DNA of 64,000 nucleotides from Candidatus Latescibacterota bacterium. GTDB lineage: Bacteria > Latescibacterota > UBA2968 > UBA8231. The stretch lies in assembly GCA_965248265.1 (NCBI GenBank), contig CBDFJF010000002.1, positions 288,001-352,000 of the forward strand. The letters are read 5' to 3'. Below are positions 30,027 to 38,966 of the stretch, in pieces. Positions within the stretch are counted from its first letter, which is position 1; each line of letters opens with the position of its first letter. A program made the position numbers and the translations under genes. The notes below the pieces were generated by a model. That model saw nothing but the letters and a program-made list of their open reading frames with translations. It was not told the DNA's origin and did not search any database.

Positions 30027-30947
30027 TCACGTGGGAGAAGGAAGCGTAGCCGGCACACCGCGCAGCGCTGCCAGCGGCATGTCGTAGAACACCGTGCGGA
30101 TTTGCGTCGATATATCCTCGATGTTGTCTTCGAGAAACACCCCGCCGTTGCGCAGGTCGGCCGTGTCGATGACGTAGAGGCGGGCCTCTTCTTCGGTGGC
30201 GCCGGAGTACTCCTGGACGAATGCCGTGGCGTCCTCCAACGCCAGCCTGATGGCTTCACGCCGGTCGACCCGGCTGGCAATGAAGGCCATGGTGTTATTG
30301 GTACGTACGGCCGGCCGTACCAGGGGCAGCTGGTTGTCTTTGCGAATGACGAGGGTGACTTCGCCGGCCATTTCGGCGGCGACGCCGAATGACTCGCCCT
30401 CTCCCATGATGCCGTGCAGATCGCCCAGCACTACCAACCCACCTTCAAGCTGAGACCGTAGATAGAGAACATTCCCCTGCCGGATCAGGGTGACGTCCAT
30501 GTTGCCACCGTGGTCGCCAGGGTTCGGTGCGCCGGCGTCGGCCGGTGTGACGTGGATTTCGCCGATCATGGTACGCAATGGAACCTGACCCACGCCCGGA
30601 AAGCGGCACATTCCATCGGCGATTTCCAGGAAACAGTGGCGGACGGTCTCATAGTATGCCCCCGTCTTCGCCATGGCTCTGCTGCGGGCGTGTCCTTCGG
30701 GGCGGATGTCGTGGATCTCGATGGCCAGCAGGTCGCCGGGTTGGACACCGCGCACAAAGATCGGCCCGGTCTGCTGGCGCGGGATGAAGGCATTCTCCAC
30801 GTCGCCGGCGTCGCGGATGATTGGCTGCCCGCTGTTGATGGTTTCGACGACGAGGGTTTCGCCGTCATCGATCTCGATGGCCGGATGGCGAAAGGCGTAG
30901 CTGTCCTGGTTGGGGACCAAGTGGTCGCGGGTGAGGCGGGAGATCAT
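30027..30947 (-). CDS. Acetamidase/formamidase family protein
   Basis: TGPIFVRG..PGDLL, PGDHGGNMD and GDLHGIMGEGE. Confidence 0.9.
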   Translation of the reverse strand: MISRLTRDHLVPNQDSYAFRHPAIEIDDGETLVVETINSGQPIIRDAGDVENAFIPRQQTGPIFVRGVQPGDLLAIEIHDIRPEGHARSRAMAKTGAYYETVRHCFLEIADGMCRFPGVGQVPLRTMIGEIHVTPADAGAPNPGDHGGNMDVTLIRQGNVLYLRSQLEGGLVVLGDLHGIMGEGESFGVAAEMAGEVTLVIRKDNQLPLVRPAVRTNNTMAFIASRVDRREAIRLALEDATAFVQEYSGATEEEARLYVIDTADLRNGGVFLEDNIEDISTQIRTVFYDMPLAALRGVPATLPSPT

Positions 30948-30961
30948 GGTCCCGGTGGCCC

Positions 30962-31305
30962 TCAGAAGCTCATAACGGTTTCTATGGTCGTGATGCGCTC
31001 GCGATCAAGGCGTCCATCAGCCCCGCGGGCGAACAGGAAGCGGGTATCCCACTGAATCGACACCCCACCGCTGACCTCCATGTCGATGACATACCCGTAG
31101 AAGGTGTCTTCCGTTGACTCGAAGAAGCCGTCGTCGCCCGTGCCGTCCTCGTTGAGCCCGACGCCGATGTTGTTTTTCTGATAGTAGGCACGTGCCTGGT
31201 TCAGGCGGGGTACCATGTCGAGCCAATCGCTTGGAGAGTTGGGCGCTGGTGTGCACCTGCTGCTTGGGGTCATCGCCTCCGGTGAGGAACTGGTAGTCAG
31301 CCGAA
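30962..31305 (-). pseudogene. Frameshifted C-terminal remnant of an outer-membrane protein
   Basis: ADYQFLTGGDDPKQQVHTSAQLSKRL continues in another frame as LDMVPRLNQARAYYQKNN...TIETVMSF; terminal Phe; 5' part missing. Confidence 0.5.
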
Positions 31306-31443
31306 CTTGGGCACCGACAACTTAGGGCACCGGCAACGGCGCGCCAGCGATCAAGGTGTTGCCCTCTTGCGCTCACAAGCACAAGAGGCCTTCGTTGGCG
31401 TTGACCAGGTTGTAGCCATAACCAGAAACCACACAGGAGTGTC

Positions 31444-32388
31444 ATGGATTTGGTTCGCTATCCGGACAGTCGAGTTGAAGTGCTTGACGATCGCTTCGCC
31501 AAATACAAGATAAACTCGGCAGCTCTTGAGATGCTGTGGACGGGGGGGCGCTGGTTGGAGGGTCCGGTCTGGTTCGGAGGCGGGCGCTACCTGCTCTTCA
31601 GCGACATTCCCAACAACCGGATACTGAAATGGGAGGAGGAAACGGGGGAGGTCTCCGTATTCCGCAAACCGTCCAACAACACCAATGGCAACACCCGTGA
31701 TCGGCAAGGGCGGCTGGTCTCGTGCGAGCACGACAGGCGCAGGGTTACGCGCACGGAGCACGATGGCTCCATCACGGTGTTGATGGACCGGTTTGAGGGC
31801 AAGGCGCTGAACGCTCCCAATGATGTTATAGTGAAATCGGATGACTCGATCTGGTTCACGGACCCGGGGTACGGCATTCTGATGGATTACGAGGGGCACC
31901 GGGCGTCGTTCGAACTCGACACCAGTGTCTATCGTCTCGATCTGCAAACCATGCAAGCAGAGGTCGTGGCCGATGATTTTTCGCGTCCCAACGGGCTCTG
32001 CTTCAGTCCCGACGAATCACTCCTTTACATCGTCGACACCGGTTTTTCGGATGGCCCCGACCATCCATCCAACATCAGGGTGTTCGATGTAACAGAGGGC
32101 GGGCAGCTGACGAACGGACGTGTTTTCGCCGACATGAGACCGGGGGGATCGGACGGTATTCGCGCCGATCGCGATGGCAATATCTGGTCAGCTGCCGGTT
32201 GGGCAGGGGAGGGATTCGACGGCGTGCACTGCTTCGATCCCGACGGCACCCTGATTGGCAAGATTCACCTGCCGGCGCCGTGTGCGAACCTGTGTTTTGG
32301 AGGAAAAAAGAAAAACCGCCTGTTCATGACGGTTTCGCAATCGCTGTTTTCGATATACGTGGAGGCCAACGGGGCGCAACGCCCTTGA
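31444..32388 (+). CDS. SMP-30/gluconolactonase family protein
   Basis: EGPVW, FSDIP, NGNTRD, PND, PNGLCFSPD and DGIRAD. Confidence 0.93.
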   Translation: MDLVRYPDSRVEVLDDRFAKYKINSAALEMLWTGGRWLEGPVWFGGGRYLLFSDIPNNRILKWEEETGEVSVFRKPSNNTNGNTRDRQGRLVSCEHDRRRVTRTEHDGSITVLMDRFEGKALNAPNDVIVKSDDSIWFTDPGYGILMDYEGHRASFELDTSVYRLDLQTMQAEVVADDFSRPNGLCFSPDESLLYIVDTGFSDGPDHPSNIRVFDVTEGGQLTNGRVFADMRPGGSDGIRADRDGNIWSAAGWAGEGFDGVHCFDPDGTLIGKIHLPAPCANLCFGGKKKNRLFMTVSQSLFSIYVEANGAQRP

Positions 32389-32394
32389 AATCAA

Positions 32395-32760
32395 TCAGAT
32401 AACTTCCCGACGTGGATCTCGCGCCATTTTTATTGCGTGTGGATCCCCGTCATGGACCTGCTCTTCATCCGTGCCCTCTGCCTCCGCCCTTCTCTCTTCT
32501 TCTTCGAGACGTTCGATTTCAGCGCTGATCTCCTGGATGGAGTCCTCGGTTTCCCCCTTCAACTTCTCGGTGAATTCGAGCGTTCCCTGGGCCAGTCTGT
32601 GTCGTTCCACCTCATATTCCAGTCGGGCCGCAATCTCGCGCCAGGCTTGCTCTAGCTGGGCGACCTCTTTTTTTTGACGGTCGAGGTCCCAGTTGGCCAG
32701 TATTGCCAATGCCACGGAGCCGATGACGAGAATGGCCGTGATGGCCGTGAGTGCAGTCAA
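32395..32760 (-). CDS. Small protein with N-terminal membrane anchor and coiled coil
   Basis: One TM segment followed by Glu-rich heptads; TTG start. Confidence 0.7.
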   Translation of the reverse strand: MTALTAITAILVIGSVALAILANWDLDRQKKEVAQLEQAWREIAARLEYEVERHRLAQGTLEFTEKLKGETEDSIQEISAEIERLEEEERRAEAEGTDEEQVHDGDPHAIKMARDPRREVI

Positions 32761-32960
32761 TGTGTGTACGCGTTGTCTGTTGTCGGGTTGATGGTGATCG
32801 TTCGATCACAAGAGAAGGTACAAAACTACATGTCGGAAACCACCATCACGAAGCTGACGTGATCACTTGAATGGCCGATTGGGGCTGTTTTTGTCTGAAT
32901 AGTATCGGACGCTGGATGCGGAAAGATCGCGGAGTAGAGGGGTAGAAAGGAATAGATGAC

Positions 32961-33755
32961 ATGAAGATCGGTGTAACTCAGATCATCCTGGGTCAGATGA
33001 CGTTGGATGAGACCCTTAGCTTGTGTCAGGAAGCTGGCTACGACGCCGTCGAGCTGGTGTTCTCTCCGGACAAGGACCTCAACGTCGGTCTGGGCGATGA
33101 AGAGCTGAGGGCCCTGAGCGAGCAGTGTACGGAGGCCGGCGTCGCCGTCACCAGTGTGATCGCGCATTACAGGGAACGCGGCAACCTGCTGAGCCGAGAC
33201 CCGCAGCAACGGGAGCTCGGTCGTCGATGCGTCGCAAGGTCACTGGAAATTGCTGGCGCGCTCGAGGCTGGGGCCACGCTGGTGCATCCCGGACAGTTGA
33301 CCGCTGAAGGGACCTACGACGAGGCCTGGGATGATTTGTGCGACATCCTGCGATCCCTGGCGATGGAAGCGGAGAGTCACGGAGTTGCCATCGGCCTGGA
33401 GAACGTGTGGAACAAATTCATCCTCAGCCCGCGCGAAGCGGCGCAGTTCGTGGATGAAGTAGGCAGCGAGTGGGTCGGGATCTACCTGGACACCGCCAAC
33501 ATGATGGCCTACGGACATCCCGAGCAGTGGATCCGGGCCCTCGGTTCACGCATAAAACGGGTCCACGCCAAGGACTTCGACCGCTCGAAGCATACCTTCG
33601 TCGAACTGATGGACGGGGACACGGAATGGGCGTTGGTGATGAGTGAGCTACGCGCAACCGGGTACGGGATCAGCCTTATTCACGAGGTCTCAGGTGACCA
33701 TGCCACCCAGATCAGAATGGGCAAGCGCCTGCAAAGCATCATCGCACTGCAATGA
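32961..33755 (+). CDS. Sugar phosphate isomerase/epimerase (xylose isomerase-like TIM barrel)
   Basis: GYDAVEL, LENVWN, YLDTAN and VHAKD. Confidence 0.9.
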   Translation: MKIGVTQIILGQMTLDETLSLCQEAGYDAVELVFSPDKDLNVGLGDEELRALSEQCTEAGVAVTSVIAHYRERGNLLSRDPQQRELGRRCVARSLEIAGALEAGATLVHPGQLTAEGTYDEAWDDLCDILRSLAMEAESHGVAIGLENVWNKFILSPREAAQFVDEVGSEWVGIYLDTANMMAYGHPEQWIRALGSRIKRVHAKDFDRSKHTFVELMDGDTEWALVMSELRATGYGISLIHEVSGDHATQIRMGKRLQSIIALQ

Positions 33756-33779
33756 TCCGGCCCGGTTGGGCGCCGAACA

Positions 33780-34583
33780 TCACTCCTTGTCTTTGACCTG
33801 CTCCCAGGCCTGATCCATCTCTTCGAGGTCGCACTCTTCGAGCATGCGGCCACGCGCTCTCAAGTTGTCCTCCATGGCGCGAAAACGCAGCTCGAATTTA
33901 TCGACCGACTGGCGCAGAACGTCCTCGGGTGAAAATTTCTGGAACCGTGCCACGTTGACGAGGGCGAACAGCAAATCGCCGAGTTCTTCCTCACACCGCG
34001 CATGGGTCTCAGTCGATTTGGCAGGGGGATCCCACTCACGGCGTAACTCTTCGAACTCCTCCGAGACCTTCTCCAACGGGCCCGAGATCTGTGTCCAATC
34101 GAAACCCACGCGAGAGGCTTTTTCCTGCATGCGCTGAGCGCGCAGCAACGCAGGCAGCAGCTTGGGCACCCCGTCCAGCACGGAGGCAGCCGTGTCGGCT
34201 CCGCCGCGTTCGGCCCGCTTTATCCGTTCCCAGTTTGTGACCACCTCGTCGGCATCGTCGACTTCGACATCACCGAACACATGAGGGTGGCGGTGGATGA
34301 GCTTGTCGACGACGGCTTTGCAGACATCGTCGACATTGAAGCGACCTTCCTCGTCGGCGATTTGCGCGTGGAAAACCACCTGTAGCAGTACGTCGCCCAG
34401 TTCCTTGCACAACTCGCCATCGTCGCCGGCATCGATCGCCTCCAGGACCTCGTACGACTCCTCCAGCAGGAATTGCTTGAGCGTTTGGTGTGTCTGCTCG
34501 CGGTCCCAGGGGCAGCCCTGATCCGAGCGTAGCTGGGCCATCACTTCGACCAGTCTGGCGATAGATCCACTACCTGCGCTCAC
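33780..34583 (-). CDS. mazG: Nucleoside triphosphate pyrophosphohydrolase MazG
   Basis: GCPWDREQT, EESYE, ELGDVLLQVVFH, RHPHVF and a second EELGDLLF domain; GTGA overlap. Confidence 0.95.
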   Translation of the reverse strand: MSAGSGSIARLVEVMAQLRSDQGCPWDREQTHQTLKQFLLEESYEVLEAIDAGDDGELCKELGDVLLQVVFHAQIADEEGRFNVDDVCKAVVDKLIHRHPHVFGDVEVDDADEVVTNWERIKRAERGGADTAASVLDGVPKLLPALLRAQRMQEKASRVGFDWTQISGPLEKVSEEFEELRREWDPPAKSTETHARCEEELGDLLFALVNVARFQKFSPEDVLRQSVDKFELRFRAMEDNLRARGRMLEECDLEEMDQAWEQVKDKE

Positions 34584-34990
34584 GGCGCGTTCTCCTCCCC
34601 ACCAACGTGCTCGAGCTCGGTGTATTTGAGGTTTCTGCCTCTGGCCTGATCGATCGGATAGCGCTGCCTGGACAGGGCCAGTTTTTCGTCCAACATCTGG
34701 CTGGCATCCATGTCGAGGTTGGCGCACATCAGCAGAGTGAAATAGAGGACGTCGGCGAGTTCATGACCGAGATCTTGCCGGAAGGCCGGATCAGTGAGGC
34801 GCTGCTTGATCTCTTCGTTGCTGCGGAAACGAAAGTGTTCCAGCACCTCAGAGGCTTCGATGGCCAGGCCGATGGCAAGGTCCTTGGGAAGGTGGAACTG
34901 GTCCCAATCGCGCTCGTGGACAAACTCCTTTATCTGTGCCTTCAGCTGAGACACCGTCGTCGAAGTATCGTTCAGTTCGGGGACGGCCAT
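34580..34990 (-). CDS. MazG-like nucleotide pyrophosphohydrolase (dCTP pyrophosphatase type)
   Basis: ERDWDQFH.PKDLA...IEASE.LE and ELADV. Confidence 0.9.
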   Translation of the reverse strand: MAVPELNDTSTTVSQLKAQIKEFVHERDWDQFHLPKDLAIGLAIEASEVLEHFRFRSNEEIKQRLTDPAFRQDLGHELADVLYFTLLMCANLDMDASQMLDEKLALSRQRYPIDQARGRNLKYTELEHVGGEENAP

Positions 34991-35252
34991 GCGTTCGCGT
35001 TCTCCGGGGGAGTTTTATGTGAGCAGAATCACGGTTCAATCATTTCGCGATCGATCCACGAGATGGTGATAAATATCACCGACAATGGAACCGATAGCGG
35101 CTATATTACTACGTTGCCGAAAGGGTGAATAACGCCTGAGGAAATGCCCTGTCAAACGGGAAAAAATGCGGGAACCAAAGCGGAACTCAGGCATTGTTAG
35201 TAGAGATTAGGAGGTCCGTCGATCGTTTGCACGATTATCAGGAGTGAGGCGT

Positions 35253-36137
35253 ATGCTGAGAGCGCGCAAGAAGGTCAGGACCAGCGAGAAAAAGAAAAAA
35301 GAACGTCGAAGCGACGGCGATCCCGCCCTTGCTTCCTATCTGAGGGATATTTCTGACTCGACTCCCCTTTCCGCGGGCGAGGAAAGCGAACTTGCCCGGA
35401 GCTTCCGGGAAGGGGATGGAGATGCACGTAACACTCTGGTGGAGGCGAACTTACGGTTCGTCGTTTCTGTTGCCAAGGAGTACCAAAACCGGGGTCTCTC
35501 ACTGGCTGAGTTGATCAGCGCCGGCAACGTTGGACTTATCACCGCTGCCGAGCGATTCGACGAAACCAGAGGGTTCAAGTTCATCTCATATGCCGTCTGG
35601 TGGATTCGGCAGTCTATACTGCAGGCTTTGATGGAGCAGTCCACGGTCCGTATGCCGGTGAACCGGCTGGACATGTTGTCGAAGATATCGAGGACTATGG
35701 AGGCGCTACAGCAGAAGGGAGTGAAACCGAGCATAGAAAAAGTCGCTGAGACGCTAGGATTTACGGCAGAGGAAGTGGAAAGAACCCTCGTCAACGGCCA
35801 GCCGGTGCGCTCCCTTGACGCCCCGTTTGATGACGGCGAGGAGCGTTGCCTGCACGATTGTCTGTGCAGCGACGAGCAGCGCTCAGCGGAAGAGGCCTTG
35901 CTGGAGATCACCCTGCAACAGGACATCGGCACGGCCCTCGAGGGATTGACTCACCGGGAAGGGGAGGTGCTGCGGCTCTATTTCGGCATCAAACAGGACA
36001 GACCGATGACGCTCGATCAGATCGGCATGCGCTTCAAGCTGACGCGCGAGCGGGTGCGCCAGATCAAGGAACTTGCCCTGAGCAAGCTTCGTCACCCGCG
36101 TTTTTATGGCCGGCTGAGGGTCTACGCAGAGAACTAA
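35253..36137 (+). CDS. RpoD/SigA-family sigma70 factor lacking region 1.1
   Basis: YLRDI, ANLRFVVSVAK, RGFKFISYAVWWIRQ and LTRERVRQI. Confidence 0.95.
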   Translation: MLRARKKVRTSEKKKKERRSDGDPALASYLRDISDSTPLSAGEESELARSFREGDGDARNTLVEANLRFVVSVAKEYQNRGLSLAELISAGNVGLITAAERFDETRGFKFISYAVWWIRQSILQALMEQSTVRMPVNRLDMLSKISRTMEALQQKGVKPSIEKVAETLGFTAEEVERTLVNGQPVRSLDAPFDDGEERCLHDCLCSDEQRSAEEALLEITLQQDIGTALEGLTHREGEVLRLYFGIKQDRPMTLDQIGMRFKLTRERVRQIKELALSKLRHPRFYGRLRVYAEN

Positions 36138-36164
36138 GTCCAGGAAGGATTTACAAAGAAATCG

Positions 36165-36197
36165 AAAGGGCCGGGGGTTTTCCTCCGGCCCTTTTTT
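36165..36197 (+). terminator. Rho-independent terminator of the sigma gene
   Basis: AAAGGGCCGGGGG-TTTT-CCTCCGGCCC-TTTTTT. Confidence 0.88.
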
Positions 36198-36212
36198 GTT
36201 TCTCCAGTGGGG

Positions 36213-36228
36213 AGGCACGCTTATTGCA
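36213..36228 (+). promoter_or_regulatory. Sigma54 -24/-12 promoter
   Basis: AGGCACGCTTATTGCA versus consensus TGGCACG-N4-TTGCW; exact GG-N10-GC spacing. Confidence 0.75.
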
Positions 36229-36238
36229 TCACCCAGCT

Positions 36239-36317
36239 CAGTGCCTGAGCGCAGACGAGGAGGAGTCAGGCAACTTCTTCCCCTTCAGCCAACGGCCGGC
36301 AACTCCTGCCGTTTTTT
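36239..36317 (+). ncRNA. Candidate sigma54-dependent small RNA (~80 nt)
   Basis: Predicted start 12 nt after the promoter; 5' hairpin TGCCTGA/TCAGGCA; CU-rich linker; terminator; no ATG-initiated ORF. Confidence 0.6.
36291..36317 (+). terminator. Rho-independent terminator of the candidate sRNA
   Basis: AACGGCcGG-CAACT-CCtGCCGTT-TTTT. Confidence 0.6.
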
Positions 36318-36526
36318 CCCCTGTTCATTTAAGCGGGAGCTGCCGATAAAGAAGGTACCACCAATCTGCAAGGAGCTGATGGGATGCATACGACAGAGAG
36401 AATTCGAGTCTCCAAAGGTCAAGTCATGATGCGTCTGGGTGCTGTTGTGTTCGTTACAACAGGTCTGTTCCTGGGTGCCCTGCTCGCCGCCCTGGCGGGT
36501 GTATAAAGCACCATTTTCACAATTCC

Positions 36527-36555
36527 TTGACCACCCATTCCGGGCATCCTATATT
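36527..36555 (+). promoter_or_regulatory. Sigma70-type promoter of parA
   Basis: TTGACC-N17-TATATT. Confidence 0.6.
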
Positions 36556-36680
36556 GCCTGCCCTTGGCGGTATCCAACCGTCATTTTCTCAGTACAGCAA
36601 CGTCTAAACGGCTTGCGCTGAGCTGGCACCAACGCGGCTCTCGAACTGCCTTTGGGCGCTGACGGACAACGTCTGAGGCC

Positions 36681-37442
36681 ATGGGTAGAGTAATCGCAAT
36701 CGCCAATCAGAAGGGTGGGGTAGGGAAGACGACGACGGCCGTCAATCTCTCGGCCTGCCTCGCCGCCAACGGTCACAAAACTCTGCTCATAGATCTTGAC
36801 CCACAGGCCAACGCTACCTCCGGCTGCGCCGCCAGCGGTGACAGCCTCGAGGGTTCGGTATACGAGGTCATACTCGGGCACGCCCCCCTGGCTGGAGTGA
36901 TCTGCTCCGTCGAGATACCCCTGTTGGAACTGGTTCCTTCTCATATCAACCTGGCTGGCGCCGAAGTAGAAATGGCTGCCGTGCTGGGTCGCGAGAAGAA
37001 GCTGTCCGAGGCCATCGAAGACGTGAAGGAGGAGTACGAATTCGTCCTAGTCGATTGCCCCCCCTCCCTGGGTCTGCTCACAGTCAACGCGCTGACGGCA
37101 GCTGACTCGGTGATGATCCCTGTTCAGTGCGAATACTACGCGTTGGAGGGGCTCAGCAAACTGCTCAACTCCATCCACCTGGTTCAGCGCTACCTGAATC
37201 CGGATCTCGAGGTCGAGGGGGTTTTGCTCACCATGTTCGACGAACGGCTGCAGCTGTCCAAAAGGGTAGCGGCTGAAGTGAAGTCGTACTTCGGCGAAAA
37301 GGTCTACGAGTCCGTGATCAAGAGGAACGTCAGTCTGGCCGCCGCGCCGAGCTTCGGCAAGCCGGTCATCCTCTACGAACCACGCTCCACCGGGGCTGAC
37401 AACTATCGCAGATTGGCCAACGAAGTGAGCGCGGCCGCCTGA
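36681..37442 (+). CDS. parA: ParA/Soj family ATPase
   Basis: [26 protein letters not shown] and [11 protein letters not shown]. Confidence 0.93.
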   Translation: MGRVIAIANQKGGVGKTTTAVNLSACLAANGHKTLLIDLDPQANATSGCAASGDSLEGSVYEVILGHAPLAGVICSVEIPLLELVPSHINLAGAEVEMAAVLGREKKLSEAIEDVKEEYEFVLVDCPPSLGLLTVNALTAADSVMIPVQCEYYALEGLSKLLNSIHLVQRYLNPDLEVEGVLLTMFDERLQLSKRVAAEVKSYFGEKVYESVIKRNVSLAAAPSFGKPVILYEPRSTGADNYRRLANEVSAAA

Positions 37443-37472
37443 CGTCCTCAACTCGACCGCGGTTCCCGCGGC

Positions 37473-38966
37473 CTACTCCACGCGCACGCACAACGACTTC
37501 AGAATCGGCTCCCCCTGCTCTCCGGGAAGCTCGAAATCCCACTCCTGTTCTGGCATGGGCAGGACGTGAGTTCGTCGACCGACGGTGTCCACGACCCTTC
37601 GGTGGAACTCCCGGAAATTCCACTTCTCATAGTTGGTGCTGACGACGATAGACCCCTCCGGGGCTGTAATCGCCAGCAAATCACTCAGCAGTGCCGGCAG
37701 ATGACGGTTGAGTTGAAAGACTCCGTCCCGACATCGGGCGAAGGATGGCGGATCGCATACGATCAGATCGAACTGACGGCCGCGACGCACACAGCCCTGT
37801 ACAAACAATCGTGCATCCGTGATGGGAAACTCGGTATTGTCGATGGGGAATTCGTTGAGCAGGAAATTCTGGCGAGCCCAATCCTGGGTGTTGCGGTTGC
37901 TGTCGACGTTGGCGATCTCTGTCGCTCCACCAGCGGCCGCACACATTCCAAAGCCGCCGGTGTAGGAGAACAGGTTGAGCACCCGTCGTCCGCTGGCTTG
38001 CTCCTTCACCCACTGGCGGTTGCGGCGCTGGTCCAGGAACAGACCCGGGGACAGGCCCTGTCCCTCACGAAACAGGTACTGCACACCATTCTCTGAACCA
38101 ACCCATTCGGACTCGCCCGAGCCGTCTCCCCACAGCCGTTTTTGCCGCGGATCCCTGCCACGGTCGAACATCCACTGCAGGCGCCAGTGGGAGGCTCCGG
38201 CCACGGCCGCCACCGTCGCGACATCCTCGAGCTGCGAGTCCTCCGGTGGGTCATCTCCATACCAATAAAACCAACACACCGGTCCCAGGCGGTCGCAACG
38301 CAGGTACCCCCCGTCAGTGTGGATCAAACGCAGCGTGCCATCGTCCTGGATGGAAAAGGCACGCTGTCGGCGTTCTAGGCAAACCAGCCAGGAAATGAGA
38401 TCAGTCCTGTCGAATTGTGTCGGGCAGTCGAAGACGAACGGAGGGGGTACTCGGAACGGAGGCACGATGTCTCCTTCGGCGGTATCGTCTTCGAGACGCA
38501 TTTCCACACAATGCAACATGAGCCGTGGAAAGGCCGAGCCGCCATGAGCGGTGTCCCCGAGGATGGGCAAGCCGGCCGCTGCTACCTGCACGAGCAGCTG
38601 TTCGGCATCGGCCAGACCGACGGTCTCCGCTTCCCAGAGTGAATGGCTGGTGGGATGGAATGGTGCGGTATCGCAGTGGTTGAGATGATACGGCCCGGCC
38701 TGCTCCTGCCGTAGTAGTGGCGGTCGATCGGTGATGAAGCGAAAGACCGTTCGCAGGCGGCCGTCGGCTGCGTGTTGTCGCAGCTGCGTACAACTCTGTG
38801 CCGTCGGCGTCGCCATCACCGCACCGGAGACCTCCCGGTCCAGGTCGTTGACGGCGAACAGGGGCAGTCCGCGAAGCCGTGAGACAAACCGCACGAAGCC
38901 GCTATCGCGGTCACCGGGAACGCCTGCAGGTTTGTCGATGAGCTCGAATGGCAACGGAGTGACCAC
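37473..38966 (-). CDS. Degenerate RluA-like domain fused to an RlmI/RlmK-type SAM methyltransferase
   Basis: IDKPAGV, LDREVSG, LPILGD and LMLHC; then PGLFLDQR.NR, LNLFSYTGG and DPPSF. Confidence 0.82.
   Translation of the reverse strand: MVTPLPFELIDKPAGVPGDRDSGFVRFVSRLRGLPLFAVNDLDREVSGAVMATPTAQSCTQLRQHAADGRLRTVFRFITDRPPLLRQEQAGPYHLNHCDTAPFHPTSHSLWEAETVGLADAEQLLVQVAAAGLPILGDTAHGGSAFPRLMLHCVEMRLEDDTAEGDIVPPFRVPPPFVFDCPTQFDRTDLISWLVCLERRQRAFSIQDDGTLRLIHTDGGYLRCDRLGPVCWFYWYGDDPPEDSQLEDVATVAAVAGASHWRLQWMFDRGRDPRQKRLWGDGSGESEWVGSENGVQYLFREGQGLSPGLFLDQRRNRQWVKEQASGRRVLNLFSYTGGFGMCAAAGGATEIANVDSNRNTQDWARQNFLLNEFPIDNTEFPITDARLFVQGCVRRGRQFDLIVCDPPSFARCRDGVFQLNRHLPALLSDLLAITAPEGSIVVSTNYEKWNFREFHRRVVDTVGRRTHVLPMPEQEWDFELPGEQGEPILKSLCVRVE

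Noticed and set aside
33780-34990. Anti-phage defence or toxin-antitoxin island
   Set aside because: No mazEF, nuclease or mobile-element context; housekeeping is more likely
36196-36429. Short ORFs over the sRNA candidate
   Set aside because: TTG starts with no RBS, they cross terminators, and the translations are not protein-like
36623-36639. Possible sigma54 promoter CTGGCACCAACGCGGCT before parA
   Set aside because: Spacing is correct but the -12 box lacks TTGC, and a good sigma70 promoter exists at 36527-36555
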